This document shows positions 40,847 through 54,330 of a DNA stretch of 64,000 nucleotides, in pieces. The notes under the pieces are model-generated. The model did no database searches. It was given only the letters and a program-made list of their open reading frames with translations, and was not told where the DNA came from. A program made the translations under genes and the position numbers. The stretch is from positions 61,442,001 to 61,506,000 of the forward strand of contig JANJGN010000013.1 in assembly GCA_026770705.1 (NCBI GenBank). The letters are read 5' to 3'. Source of the stretch: Isurus oxyrinchus. Lineage: Eukaryota. The number at the start of each line of letters is the position of its first letter. The first letter of the stretch is position 1.

Positions 40847-40965
40847 GTCAGGATAGCTAAGTGGGCTAAGGTAACAAACTCAAGGAATGTGATTCCTTTC
40901 CTTGCAATGGCTTGGTGAATTCTGATTCTTTTCTAGGGGTGTGGGTTAAAATCCTGCTACTGAGA
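40847..40965 (+). pseudogene. tRNA-Leu(CAA) pseudogene, class B, B box mutated
   Basis: Same variant as the 35275 copy. Confidence 0.88.
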
Positions 40966-41969
40966 TTAATTTTTCAAATGCTCTCGCCAGCTTACATTTC
41001 CTGCCAGCCTCTCCTGAAATTTGCGCCTGCCACATTTTACCGCTTCAACGCTATTTACGCCTCAATACAAACACAAGTTACGTCTCCACAACCATGTCCA
41101 TCACACACTTTACATCAAAACTTTACATGTAATATGCCTCATGCATCAAATCGCACTTCTCACACAATCAAGACCCAAACTGCAAACACAACACTCTGAG
41201 CAAATTGCATTTATACCTAGCTCCTTGCTGCATTCCACATTGTATTCTAGGACTGCATCGTTCAATGCCATGACGTACACTGCTTTTTCTCAAAACCAGG
41301 CCAACTGTTTCAAACAATCACACTTCTTCTACACAAAAACAACTCACTTCAACTCCCTTACTTTGGTAAGTACTAGCAAGGAAATCAGTGTCTTTAACAT
41401 TCCAACTCATCCCCGGATGTGAAGCACATTACTGACCAATGAGATGCCTTTGAATGCTGAGCCTTTCAGGTGGTAATATTCAGAGTATTAGCTTTGGCCA
41501 GGGGCACAGGGGCTACAAATTCCCTTCGTTCAATTCCAATATTGGGAGCTGCTGCTCGTTGACTGATCTGTAGCCGTCGCAGGTCCATCACATTAATGTC
41601 ATGAAAAGAAGTCATGTGAATGAGAGGCTGAAATGTCCGCTTTGAAGGAGTATGTCTTAATGCCGTGTTTTTTGAAGGACTTGTGTTCCAATGGTAACTG
41701 TATTGCTTGTGTTTGGTCAAGCTGGACGCCAAAATGTGTCTCAGAAAATGATGTGTGCTGCAAGGTGGTGAAACGGCCGTTGATGAATGAAAGCTGTGAG
41801 TCTGAAGGCTGTGTGTGGAGCAGGAAAGTAGAATTTTGTCACTGCCTGTTAATTCAAGCACGAGCAATTGATGGTTGTGCTTTGTCACTGCACAAGAGAC
41901 AACGGTGTGCTCCAGTTCAGTTAGTGTACAGAATATGGGGCACCCAACAACAACATCAAACAACAACTT

Positions 41970-42088
41970 GTCAGGATGGCCGAGTGGTCTAAGGCGCCAG
42001 ACTCAAGGAGTGTGATTCCTTTCCTTGCAACGGCTTGGTGAATTCTGGTCCCTTTCTAGGGGCGTGGGTTCAAATCCCACTCCTGACA
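41970..42088 (+). tRNA. tRNA-Leu-CAA: tRNA-Leu(CAA), intron-containing, intact
   Basis: Exons identical to the 2943 copy; T5 terminator. Confidence 0.95.
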
Positions 42089-43085
42089 TTAATTTTTCAA
42101 ATGTTCTCGCCAGCTTACATTTCCTGCCAGCGTCTCCTGAAATTTGCTCCTGCCACGTTTTACCACTTCAACGCCATTTACGCCTCAATACAAACACAAG
42201 TTACGCCTCCACAACCATGTCCATCACACACAAAACTTTACATGTTATATGCCTCATGCATCAAATCACACTTCTCACACAATCAAGACCCAAACTGCAA
42301 ACACACCACTCTGAGCAAACTACATTTATACCTCGCTCCTTGCTGCATTCCACATTGTATTCTAGGACTGCATCGTTCAATGCCATGGGGTACACTGCTG
42401 TTTCTCAAACCCAGGCCAACTGTTTCGAACAATGCCACTGCCTGTACACAAAAACAACTCACTTCAACTCCCTTACTTTGGTAAGTACTTGCAAGGAAAT
42501 CAGTGTCTTTAACATTCCAACTCATCCCCGGATGTGAAGCACATTACTGACCAATGAGATGCCTTTGAATGCTGGGCCTTTCAGGTGCTAATGTTCAGAG
42601 TAATGCCATTGGCCAGGGGCACAGGGGCTGCAAATTCCGTTCGTTCAATTCCAATATTGGGAGCTGCTGCTCGTTAACTGATCTTCAGCCATCGCATTTC
42701 CATCACGTTAATGTCATGAAAAGAAAGTCATGTGAATGAGAGGCTGCAATGTCCGCTTGGAAGGATTATGTCTTACTGCCGTGTTTTTTGAAGGACTTGT
42801 GTTCCAATGGCAACTGTGTTGCTTGCATTTGGTCAAACTGAATGCCAAAATGTGTCTCAAAAAATGATGTGTGCTGCAAGGTGGTAAAATGACTGTTGAT
42901 GAATAAAAGCTGTGAGTCTAAAGGTTGTTTATGGAGCAGGAAAGTAGAATTTTGTCACTGCCTGTTAAATCAAGCATGAGCAATTGATGGTTGTGCTTTG
43001 TCACTGCACAAGAGACAACGGTGTGCTCCAGTTCAGTTAGTGTACAGAATTTGCAGCACACAACAACAACATCAGACAACAACTT

Positions 43086-43204
43086 GTCAGGATGGCCGAG
43101 TGGTCTAAGGCGCCAGACTCAAGGAGTGTGATTCCTTTCCTTGCAACGGCTTGGTGAATTCTGGTCCCTTTCTAGGGGCGTGGGTTCAAATCCCACTCCT
43201 GACA
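43086..43204 (+). tRNA. tRNA-Leu-CAA: tRNA-Leu(CAA), intron-containing, intact
   Basis: Exons identical to the 2943 copy; TTTT terminator. Confidence 0.95.
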
Positions 43205-44189
43205 TTAACTTTTCAAATGCTCTCGCCAGCTTACATTTCCTGCCAGCCTCTCCTGAAATTTGCTCCTGCCACTGTTTACCACTTCAACGCTATTTACGCC
43301 TCAATACAAACACAAGTTACGCCTCCACAACCATGTCCATCACACTCAAAACTTTACATGTTATATGCCTCATGCATCAAATCACACTTCTCACACAATC
43401 AAGACCCAAACTGCAAACACAGCACTCTGACCAAATTGCATTTATACCTCGCTCCTTGCTGCATTCCACATTGCACTCTAGGACTGCATCGTTCAATGCC
43501 ATGGGGTACACTGCTGTTTCTCAAACCCAGGCCAACTGTTTCAAACAATGCCACTTCCTGCACACAAAAACAACTCACTTACTTTGGTAAGTACTTGCAA
43601 GGAAATCAGTGTCTTTAACATTCCAACTCATCCCCAATGTGAAGCACATTACTGACCAATGAGATGCCTTTGAATGCTGGGCCTTTCAGGTGCTAATGTT
43701 CAGAGTAACGCCATTGGCCAGGGGCACAGGGGCTGCAAATTCCGTTCGTTCAATTCCAATATTGGGAGCTGCTGCTCGTTGACTGATCTTCAGCCATCGC
43801 AGGTCCATCACGTTAATGTCATGAAAAGAAAGTCATGTGAATGAGAGGCTGAAATGTCCGCTTTGAAGGATTATGTCTCACTGCTGTGTTTTTTGAAGGA
43901 TTGTGTTCCAATGGCAACTGTGTTGCTTGCAGTTGGTCAAACTGAACGCCATAATGTGTCTCATAAAATGATGTGTGCTGCAAGGTGGTAAAACGGCTGT
44001 TGATGAATAAAAGCTGTGAGTCTGAATGTTGTTTGTGGAGCAGGAAAGGAGAATTTTGTCACTGCCTGTTAAATCAAGCATGAGCAATTGATGGTTGTGC
44101 TTTGTCACTGCACAAGAGACAACGGTGTGCTCCAGTTCAGTTAGTGTACAGAATATGGAGCACATATCAACAAAATTAAACAACAACTT

Positions 44190-44308
44190 GTCAGGATAGC
44201 TAAGTGGTCTAAGGTAACAGACTCAAGGAATGTGATTCCTTTCCTTGCAATGGCTTGGTGAATTCTGATTCTTTTCTAGGGGTGTGGGTTCAAATCCCAC
44301 TCCTGACA
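44190..44308 (+). pseudogene. tRNA-Leu(CAA) pseudogene, class B
   Basis: Class B substitutions; T4 in variable arm. Confidence 0.85.
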
Positions 44309-45305
44309 TTAATTTTTCAAATGCTCTCGCCAGCTTACATTTCCTGCCAGCCTCTCCTGAAATTTGCTCCTGCCACGTTTTACCACTTCAACGCCATTTA
44401 CGCCTCAATACAAACACAAGTTACGCCTCCACAACCATGTCCATCACACACAAAACTTTACATGTTATATGCCTCATGCATCAAATCACACTTCTCACAC
44501 AATCAAGACCCAAACTGCAAACACACCACTCTGAGCAAACTACATTTATACCTCGCTCCTTGCTGCATTCCACATTGTATTCTAGGACTGCATCGTTCAA
44601 TGCCATGGGGTACACTGCTGTTTCTCAAACCCAGGCCAACTGTTTCGAACAATGCCACTGCCTGTACACAAAAACAACTCACTTCAACTCCCTTACTTTG
44701 GTAAGTACTTGCAAGGAAATCAGTGTCTTTAACATTCCAACTCATCCCCGGATGTGAAGCACATTACTGACCAATGAGATGCCTTTGAATGCTGGGCCTT
44801 TCAGGTGCTAATGTTCAGAGTAATGCCATTGGCCAGGGGCACAGGGGCTGCAAATTCCGTTCGTTCAATTCCAATATTGGGAGCTGCTGCTCGTTAACTG
44901 ATCTTCAGCCATCGCATTTCCATCACGTTAATGTCATGAAAAGAAAGTCATGTGAATGAGAGGCTGCAATGTCCGCTTGGAAGGATTATGTCTTACTGCC
45001 GTGTTTTTTGAAGGACTTGTGTTCCAATGGCAACTGTGTTGCTTGCATTTGGTCAAACTGAATGCCAAAATGTGTCTCAAAAAATGATGTGTGCTGCAAG
45101 GTGGTAAAATGACTGTTGATGAATAAAAGCTGTGAGTCTAAAGGTTGTTTATGGAGCAGGAAAGTAGAATTTTGTCACTGCCTGTTAAATCAAGCATGAG
45201 CAATTGATGGTTGTGCTTTGTCACTGCACAAGAGACAACGGTGTGCTCCAGTTCAGTAAATGTACAGAATTTGCAGCACACAACAACAACATCAGACAAC
45301 AACTT

Positions 45306-45424
45306 GTCAGGATGGCCGAGTGGTTTAAGGCGCCAGACTCAAGGAGTGTGATTCCTTTCCTTGCAACGGCTTGGTGAATTCTGGTCCCTTTCTAGGGGCG
45401 TGGGTTCAAATCCCACTCCTGACA
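45306..45424 (+). tRNA. tRNA-Leu-CAA: tRNA-Leu(CAA), near-intact (D-loop C>T)
   Basis: GAGTGGTTTAAGGCGCC; stems intact. Confidence 0.88.
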
Positions 45425-46409
45425 TTAACTTTTCAAATGCTCTCGCCAGCTTACATTTCCTGCCAGCCTCTCCTGAAATTTGCTCCTGCCACTGTTTACC
45501 ACTTCAACGCTATTTACGCCTCAATACAAACACAAGTTACGCCTCCACAACCATGTCCATCACACTCAAAACTTTACATGTTATATGCCTCATGCATCAA
45601 ATCACACTTCTCACACAATCAAGACCCAAACTGCAAACACAGCACTCTGACCAAATTGCATTTATACCTAGCTCCTTGCTGCATTCCACATTGCACTCTA
45701 GGACTGCATCGTTCAATGCCATGGGGTACACTGCTGTTTCTCAAACCCAGGCCAACTGTTTCAAACAATGCCACTTCCTGCACACAAAAACAACTCACTT
45801 ACTTTGGTAAGTACTTGCAAGGAAATCAGTGTCTTTAACATTCCAACTCATCCCCAATGTGAAGCACATTACTGACCAATGAGATGCCTTTGAATGCTGG
45901 GCCTTTCAGGTGCTAATGTTCAGAGTAACGCCATTGGCCAGGGGCACAGGGGCTGCAAATTCCGTTCGTTCAATTCCAATATTGGGAGCTGCTGCTCGTT
46001 GACTGATCTTCAGCCATCGCAGGTCCATCACGTTAATGTCATGAAAAGAAAGTCATGTGAATGAGAGGCTGAAATGTCCGCTTTGAAGGATTATGTCTCA
46101 CTGCTGTGTTTTTTGAAGGATTGTGTTCCAATGGCAACTGTGTTGCTTGCAGTTGGTCAAACTGAACGCCATAATGTGTCTCATAAAATGATGTGTGCTG
46201 CAAGGTGGTAAAACGGCTGTTGATGAATAAAAGCTGTGAGTCTGAATGTTGTTTGTGGAGCAGGAAAGGAGAATTTTGTCACTGCCTGTTAAATCAAGCA
46301 TGAGCAATTGATGGTTGTGCTTTGTCACTGCACAAGAGACAACGGTGTGCTCCAGTTCAGTTAGTGTACAGAATATGGAGCACATATCAACAAAATTAAA
46401 CAACAACTT

Positions 46410-46528
46410 GTCAGGATAGCTAAGTGGTCTAAGGTAACAGACTCAAGGAATGTGATTCCTTTCCTTGCAATGGCTTGGTGAATTCTGATTCTTTTCTAGG
46501 GGTGTGGGTTCAAATCCCACTCCTGACA
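46410..46528 (+). pseudogene. tRNA-Leu(CAA) pseudogene, class B
   Basis: Same variant as the 44190 copy. Confidence 0.85.
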
Positions 46529-47523
46529 TTAATTTTTCAAATGCTCTCGCCAGCTTACATTTCCTGCCAGCCTCTCCTGAAATTTGCACCTACCACGTTT
46601 TACCACTTCAACGCTATTTACGCCTCAATACAAACACAAGTTACGTCTCCACAACCATGTCCATCACACACAAAACTTTACATGTAATATGCCTCATGCA
46701 TCAAATCGCACTTCTCACACAATCAAGACCCAAACTGCAAACACAGCACTCTGACCAAATTGCATTTATACCTAGCTCCTTGCTGCATTCCACATTGCAC
46801 TCTAGGACTGCATCTTTCAATGCCATGACGTACACTGCTTTTTCTCAAAACCAGGCCAACTGTTTCAAACAATGCCACTTCTTCTACACAAAAACAACTC
46901 ACTTCAACTCCCTTACTTTGGTAAGTACTTGCAAGGAAATCAGTGTCTTTAACATTCCAACTCATCCCCAATGTGAAGCACATTACTGACCAATGAGATG
47001 CCTTTGAATGCTGGGCCTTTCAGGTGCTAATGTTCAGAGTAACGCCATTGGCCAGGGGCACAGGGGCTGCAAATTCCGTTCGTTCAATTCCAATATTGGG
47101 AGCTGCTGCTCGTTGACTGATCTTCAGCCATCGCAGGTCCATCACGTTAATGTCATGAAAATAAAGTCATGTGAATGAGATGCTGAAATGTCCGCTTGGA
47201 AGGATTATGTCTTACTGCCGTGTTTGTTGAAGGACTTGTGTTCCAATGGCAACTGTGTTGCTTGCATTTGGTCAAACTGAATGCCAAAATGTGTCTCAAA
47301 AAATGATGTGTGCTGCAAGGTGGTAAAATGACTGTTGATGAATAAAAGCTGTGAGTCTAAAGGTTGTTTATGGAGCAGGAAAGTAGAATTTTGTCACTGC
47401 CTGTTAAATCAAGCACGAGCAATTGATGGTTGTGCTTTGTCACTGCACAAGAGACAACGGTGTGCTCCAGTTCAGTTAGTGTACAGAATTTGCAGCACAC
47501 ATCAACCAATTAAATAGCAACTT

Positions 47524-47642
47524 GTCAGGATGGCCCAGTGGTTTAAGTCACTCAACTCAAGAGTTAACTTTCTTTTCCTTGCAACAGCCTGGTGAATGCT
47601 CATCCCTTTCTAGGGGCGTGGGTTCAAATCCCCCTCCTGACA
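47524..47642 (+). pseudogene. tRNA-Leu(CAA) pseudogene, class C
   Basis: Near-identical to the 39734 copy. Confidence 0.85.
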
Positions 47643-48636
47643 ATGCTTTTTCAAATGCTCTCACCAGCCTACATTTCCTGCCAGCCTCTCCTGAATTTTG
47701 TACCTACCACGTTTTACCACTTCAACTCTATTTACGCCTCAATACAAACACAGGTGACGCCTCCACAACCATGTCCATCACACACAAAACTTTACATGTT
47801 ATATGCCTCATGCATCAAATCACACTTCTCACGCAATCAAGACCCAAACTGCAAACACAACACTCTGAGCAAACTGCATTTATACCTAGCTCCTTGCTGC
47901 ATTCCACATTGCATTCTAGGACTGCATCTTTCAATGCCATGGCGTACACTGTTTTTTCTCAAAATCAGGCCAACAGTTTCGAACAATGCCACTTCTACAC
48001 AAAAACAACTCACTTCAACTCCCTTACTTTGGTAAGTACTTGCAAGGAAATCAGTGTCTTTAACATTCCAACTCATCCCCGGATGTGAAGCACATTACTG
48101 ACCAATGAAATGAGTTTGAATGCTGGGCCTTTCAGGTGGTAATGTTCAGATTAATGCCATTGGCCAGGGGCACAGGGGCTGCAAATTCCCTTCATTCAAT
48201 TCCAATATTGGGAGCTGCTGCTCATTGACTGGTCTTCAGCCGTTGCAGGTCCATCACGTTAATGTCATGAAAAGAAAGTCATGTGAATGAGAGGCTGAAA
48301 TGTCCGCTTTGAAGGATTATGTCTCACTGCTGTGTTTTTTGAAGGACTTGTGTTCCAATGGCAACTGTGTTGCTTGCAGTTGGTCAAACTGAACGCCATA
48401 ATGTGTCTCATAAAATGATGTGTGCTGCAAGGTGGTAAAACGGCTGTTGATGAATAAAAGCTGTGAGTCTGAATGTTGTTTGTGGAGCAGGAAAGTAGAA
48501 TTTTGTCACTGCCTGTTAAATCAAGCATGAGCAATTGATGGTTGTGCTTTGTCACTGCACAAGAGACAACGGTGTGCTCCAGTTCAGTTAGTGTACAGAA
48601 TATGGAGCACATATCAACAGAATTAAACAACAACTT

Positions 48637-48755
48637 GTCAGGATAGCTAAGTGGGCTAAGGTAACAAACTCAAGGAATGTGATTCCTTTCCTTGCAATGG
48701 CTTGGTGAATTCTGATTCTTTTCTAGGGGTGTGGGTTAAAATCCTGCTACTGAGA
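48637..48755 (+). pseudogene. tRNA-Leu(CAA) pseudogene, class B, B box mutated
   Basis: Same variant as the 35275 and 40847 copies. Confidence 0.88.
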
Positions 48756-49751
48756 TTAATTTTTCAAATGCTCTCGCCAGCTTACATTTCCTGCCAGCCT
48801 CTCCTGAAATTTGCGCCTGCCACATTTTACCGCTTCAACGCTATTTACGCCTCAATACAAACACAAGTTACGTCTCCACAACCATGTCCATCACACACAA
48901 AACTTTACATGTAATATGCCTCATGCATCAAATCGCACTTCTCACACAATCAAGACCCAAACTGCAAACACAACACTCTGAGCAAATTGCATTTATACCT
49001 AGCTCCTTGCTGCATTCCACATTGTATTCTAGGACTGCATCGTTCAATGCCATGACGTACACTGCTTTTTCTCAAAACCAGGCCAACTGTTTCAAACAAT
49101 CACACTTCTTCTACACAAAAACAACTCACTTCAACTCCCTTACTTTGGTAAGTACTAGCAAGGAAATCAGTGTCTTTAACATTCCAACTCATCCCCGGAT
49201 GTGAAGCACATTACTGACCAATGAGATGCCTTTGAATGCTGAGCCTTTCAGGTGGTAATATTCAGAGTATTAGCTTTGGCCAGGGGCACAGGGGCTACAA
49301 ATTCCCTTCGTTCAATTCCAATATTGGGAGCTGCTGCTCGTTGACTGATCTGTAGCCGTCGCAGGTCCATCACATTAATGTCATGAAAAGAAGTCATGTG
49401 AATGAGAGGCTGAAATGTCCGCTTTGAAGGAGTATGTCTTAATGCCGTGTTTTTTGAAGGACTTGTGTTCCAATGGTAACTGTATTGCTTGTGTTTGGTC
49501 AAGCTGGACGCCAAAATGTGTCTCAGAAAATGATGTGTGCTGCAAGGTGGTGAAACGGCCGTTGATGAATGAAAGCTGTGAGTCTGAAGGCTGTGTGTGG
49601 AGCAGGAAAGTAGAATTTTGTCACTGCCTGTTAATTCAAGCACGAGCAATTGATGGTTGTGCTTTGTCACTGCACAAGAGACAACGGTGTGCTCCAGTTC
49701 AGTTAGTGTACAGAATATGGGGCACACAACAACAACATCAAACAACAACTT

Positions 49752-49870
49752 GTCAGGATGGCCGAGTGGTCTAAGGCGCCAGACTCAAGGAGTGTGATTC
49801 CTTTCCTTGCAACGGCTTGGTGAATTCTGGTCCCTTTCTAGGGGCGTGGGTTCAAATCCCACTCCTGACA
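49752..49870 (+). tRNA. tRNA-Leu-CAA: tRNA-Leu(CAA), intron-containing, intact
   Basis: Exons identical to the 2943 copy; TTTT terminator. Confidence 0.95.
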
Positions 49871-50866
49871 TTAACTTTTCAAATGTTCTCGCCAGCTTAC
49901 ATTTCCTGCCAGCGTCTCCTGAAATTTGCTCCTGCCACGTTTTACCACTTCAACGCCATTTACGCCTCAATACAAACACAAGTTACGCCTCCACAACCAT
50001 GTCCATCACACACAAAACTTTACATGTTATATGCCTCATGCATCAAATCACACTTCTCACACAATCAAGACCCAAACTGCAAACACACCACTCTGAGCAA
50101 ACTACATTTATACCTCGCTCCTTGCTGCATTCCACATTGTATTCTAGGACTGCATCGTTCAATGCCATGGGGTACACTGCTGTTTCTCAAACCCAGGCCA
50201 ACTGTTTCGAACAATGCCACTGCCTGTACACAAAAACAACTCACTTCAACTCCCTTACTTTGGTAAGTACTTGCAAGGAAATCAGTGTCTTTAACATTCC
50301 AACTCATCCCCGGATGTGAAGCACATTACTGACCAATGAGATGCCTTTGAATGCTAGGCCTTTCAGGTGCTAATGTTCAGAGTAATGCCATTGGCCAGGG
50401 GCACAGGGGCTGCAAATTCCGTTCGTTCAATTCCAATATTGGGAGCTGCTGCTCGTTAACTGATCTTCAGCCATCGCATTTCCATCACGTTAATGTCATG
50501 AAAAGAAAGTCATGTGAATGAGAGGCTGCAATGTCCGCTTGGAAGGATTATGTCTTACTGCCGTGTTTTTTGAAGGACTTGTGTTCCAATGGCAACTGTG
50601 TTGCTTGCATTTGGTCAAACTGAATGCCAAAATGTGTCTCAAAAAATGATGTGTGCTGCAAGGTGGTAAAATGACTGTTGATGAATAAAAGCTGTGAGTC
50701 TAAAGGTTGTTTATGGAGCAGGAAAGTAGAATTTTGTCACTGCCTGTTAAATCAAGCACGAGCAATTGATGGTTGTGCTTTGTCACTGCACAAGAGACAA
50801 CGGTGTGCTTCAGTTCAGTTAGTGCACAGAATTTGCAGCACACATCAACCAATTAAATAGCAACTT

Positions 50867-50985
50867 GTCAGGATGGCCCAGTGGTCTAAGTTAACAAACT
50901 CAAGAGTTGACTTTCTTTTCCTTGCAACAGCCTGGTGAATGCTCATCCCTTTCTAGGGGCGTGGGTTCAAATCCCCCTCCTTACA
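50867..50985 (+). pseudogene. tRNA-Leu(CAA) pseudogene, class C
   Basis: Class C plus an acceptor change (CCTTACA). Confidence 0.85.
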
Positions 50986-51980
50986 ATGCTTTTTCAAATG
51001 CTCTCGCCAGCCTACATTTCCTGCCAGCCTCTCCTGAATTTTGCACCTACCACGTTTTACCACTTCAACTCTATTTACGCCTCAATACAAACACAGGTGA
51101 TGCCTCCACAACCATGTCCATCACACACAAAACTTTACATGTTATATGCCTCATGCATCAAATCACACTTCTCACACAATCAAGACCCAAACTGCAAACA
51201 CAGCACTCTGAGCAAACTGCATTTATACCTAGCTCCTTGCTGCATTCCACATTGCATTCTAGGACTGCATCTTTCAATGCCATGGCGTACACTGCTTTTT
51301 CTCAAAACCAGGCCAACAGTTTCGAACAATGCCACTTCTACACAAAAACAACTCAGTTCAACTCCCTTACTTTGGTAAGTACTTGCAAGGAAATCAGTGT
51401 CTTTAACATTCCAACTCATCCCCGGATGTGAAGCACATTACTGACCAATGAGATGAGTTTGAATGCTGGGCCTTTCAGGTGGTAATGCTCAGAGTAATGC
51501 CATTGGCCAAGGGCACAGGGGCTGCAAATTGCCTTCATTCAATTCCAATATTGGGAGCTGCTGCTCATTGACTGGTCTTCAGCCGTTGCAGGTCCATCAC
51601 GTTAACGTCATGAAAAGAAAGTCATTTGAATGAGAGGCTGAAATGTCCGCTTTGAAGGATTATGTCTCACTGCTCTGTTTTTTGAAGGACTTGTGTTCCA
51701 ATGGCAACTGTGTTGCTTGCAGTTGGTCAAACTGAACCGCCATAATGTGTCTCATAAAATGATGTGTGCTGCAAGGTGGTAAAACTGCTGTTGATGAATA
51801 AAAGCTGTGAGTCTGAAGGTTGTTTGTGGAGCAGGAAAGTAGAATTTTGTCACTGCCTGTTAAATCAAGCATGAGCAATTGATGGTTGTGCTTTGTCACT
51901 GCACAAGAGACAATGGTGTGCTCCAGTTCAGTTAGTGTACAGAATATGGAGCACATATCAACAGAATTAAACAACAACTT

Positions 51981-52099
51981 GTCTGGATGGCCAAGTGCTC
52001 TAAGGTGCCATACTCAAGGAGTGTGATTCCTTTCCTTGCAAAGGCTTGGTGAATTCTGGTTCCTTTCTAGGGGTGTGGCCTCAAATCCCACTCCTGACA
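51981..52099 (+). pseudogene. tRNA-Leu(CAA) pseudogene (decayed A-like)
   Basis: GTCTGGA, AAGTGCTC, GGCCTCAAAT: acceptor, A box and B box all mutated. Confidence 0.88.
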
Positions 52100-53096
52100 T
52101 TAACTTTTCAAATGCTCTCGCCAGCTTACATTTCCTGCCAGCCTCTCCTGAAATTTGCTCCTGCCACATTTTACCACTTCAACGCCATTTACGCCTCAAT
52201 ACAAACACAAGTTACGCCTCCACAACCATGTCCATCACACACAAAACTTTACAATTAATATGCCTCATGCATCAAATCTCACTTCTCACACAATCAAGAC
52301 CCAAACTACAAACACACCACTCTGAGCAAACAGCATTTATACCTAGCTCCTTGCTGCATTCCACATTGCATTCTAGGACTGCATTGTTCAATGCCATGGG
52401 GTACACTGCTGTTTCTCAAACCCAGGCCAACTGTTTCAAACAATGCCACTTCTTCTACAGAAAAACAACTCACTTCAACTCCCTTATTTTGGTAAGTACT
52501 TGCAAGGAAATCAGAGACTTTAACATTCCAACTCATCCCTGGATGTGAAGCAGGTTACTGACAGGTGAGATGCCTTTGAATGCTGAGCCTTTCAGGTGGT
52601 AATATTGAGAGTATTACCTTTGGCCAGGGGCACAGGGGCTGCAAATTACCTTCGTTCAATTCCAATATTGGGAGCTGCTGCTCGTTGACTGATCTGTACC
52701 TGTTGCAGGTCCATCACATTAATGTCATGAAAAGAAAGTCATGGGAATGAGCGGCTGAAATGTCCGCTTTGAAGGAGTATGTCTTACTGCCGTGCTTTTT
52801 GAAGGCCTTGTGTTCCAATGGCAACTGTATTGCTTATGTTTGGTCAAGCTAGACGCCAAAATGTGTCTCAGAAAATGATGCGTGCTGCAAGGTGGTAAAA
52901 TGACTGTTGATGAATAAAAGCTGTGAGTCTGAAGGTTGTTTGTGGAGCAGGAAAGTAGAATTTTGTCACTGCCTGTTAAATCAAGCACGAGCAATTGATA
53001 GTTGTGCTTTGTCACTGCACAAGAGACAACGGTGTACTCCAGTTCAGTTAGTGTACAGAATATGGAGCACACAACAACAACATCAAATGACAACTT

Positions 53097-53215
53097 GTCA
53101 GGATGGCCGAGTGGTCTAAGGTGCCAGACTCAAGGAGTGTGATTCCTTTCCTTGAAACGGCTTGGTGAATTCTGGTCCCTTTCTAGGGGCGTGGGTTCAA
53201 ATCCCACTCCTGACA
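53097..53215 (+). tRNA. tRNA-Leu-CAA: tRNA-Leu(CAA), near-intact (C25>U)
   Basis: Single exon change; TTTT terminator. Confidence 0.85.
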
Positions 53216-54211
53216 TTAACTTTTCAAATGCTCTCGCCGGCTTACATTTCCTGCCAGCCTCTCCTGAAATTTGCTCCTGCCACATTTCACCACTTCAACG
53301 CTATTTACGCCTCAATACAAACACAAGTTACGCATCCACAACCATGTCCATCACACACAAAACTTTACATTTAATATGCCTCATGCTTCAAATCACACTT
53401 CTCACACAATCAAGACCCAAACTGCAAACACACCTCTCTGAGCAAACTGCATTTATACCTAGCTCCTAGCTGCATTCCACATTGCATTCTAGGACTGCAT
53501 CTTTCAATGCCATGGCGTACACTGCTGTTTCTCAAAACCAGGACAACTGCTTAAAACAATGCCACTTCTTCTACACAAAAACAACTCACTTCAACTCCCT
53601 TACTTTGGTAAGTACTTGCAAGGAAATCAGAGACTTCAACATTCCAACTCATCCCGGGATGTGAAGCACATTACTGACAGGTGAGATGCCTTTGAATGCT
53701 GAGCCTTTCAGGTGGTAATATTCAGAGTATTACCTTTGGCCAGGGGCACAGGGGCTGCAAATTCCCTTCGTTCAATTCCAATATTGGGAGCTGCTGCTCG
53801 TTGACTGATCTGTAGCCGTCGCATGTCCATCACATTAATGTCATGAAAATAAAGTCATGTGAATGAGAGGCTGAAATGTCCGCTTTGAAGGAGTATGTCT
53901 CACTGCCGTGTTTTTTGAAGGACTTGTGTTCCAATGGCAACTGTATTGCTTGTGTTTGGTCAAGCTGGATGCCAAAATGTGTCTCAAAAAATGATGTGTG
54001 CTGCAAGGTGGTAAAACTGTTGTTGAAGAAAAAAGCTGTGAGTCTAAAGGTTGTTTGTGGAGCACGAAAGTAGAATTTTGTCACTGCCTGTTAAATCAAG
54101 CACGAGCAATTGATGGTTGTGCTTTGTCACTGCACAAGAGACAACGGTGTGCTCCAGTTCAGTTAGTGTACAGAATTTGCAGCACATATCAACCAAAATG
54201 AAAAACAACTT

Positions 54212-54330
54212 GTCAGGATAGCTAAGTGGTCTAAGGCGCCAGATGCAGCAAATGTGATTCTTTTCCTTACAACGGCCTGGTGAATGCTCGTCCTTTTCTA
54301 GGGGCGTGGGTTCAAATCCCCCTCCTGACA
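54212..54330 (+). pseudogene. tRNA-Leu pseudogene, class D (anticodon loop TGCAGC)
   Basis: B-like D arm, C-like 3' exon, altered anticodon loop, two internal T4 runs. Confidence 0.85.

Noticed and set aside
54212-54330. Functional tRNA-Leu(CAG) arising by anticodon switch
   Set aside because: Positions 32/33 read TG, the 3' anticodon strand is GCTCG, and there are internal T4 runs.
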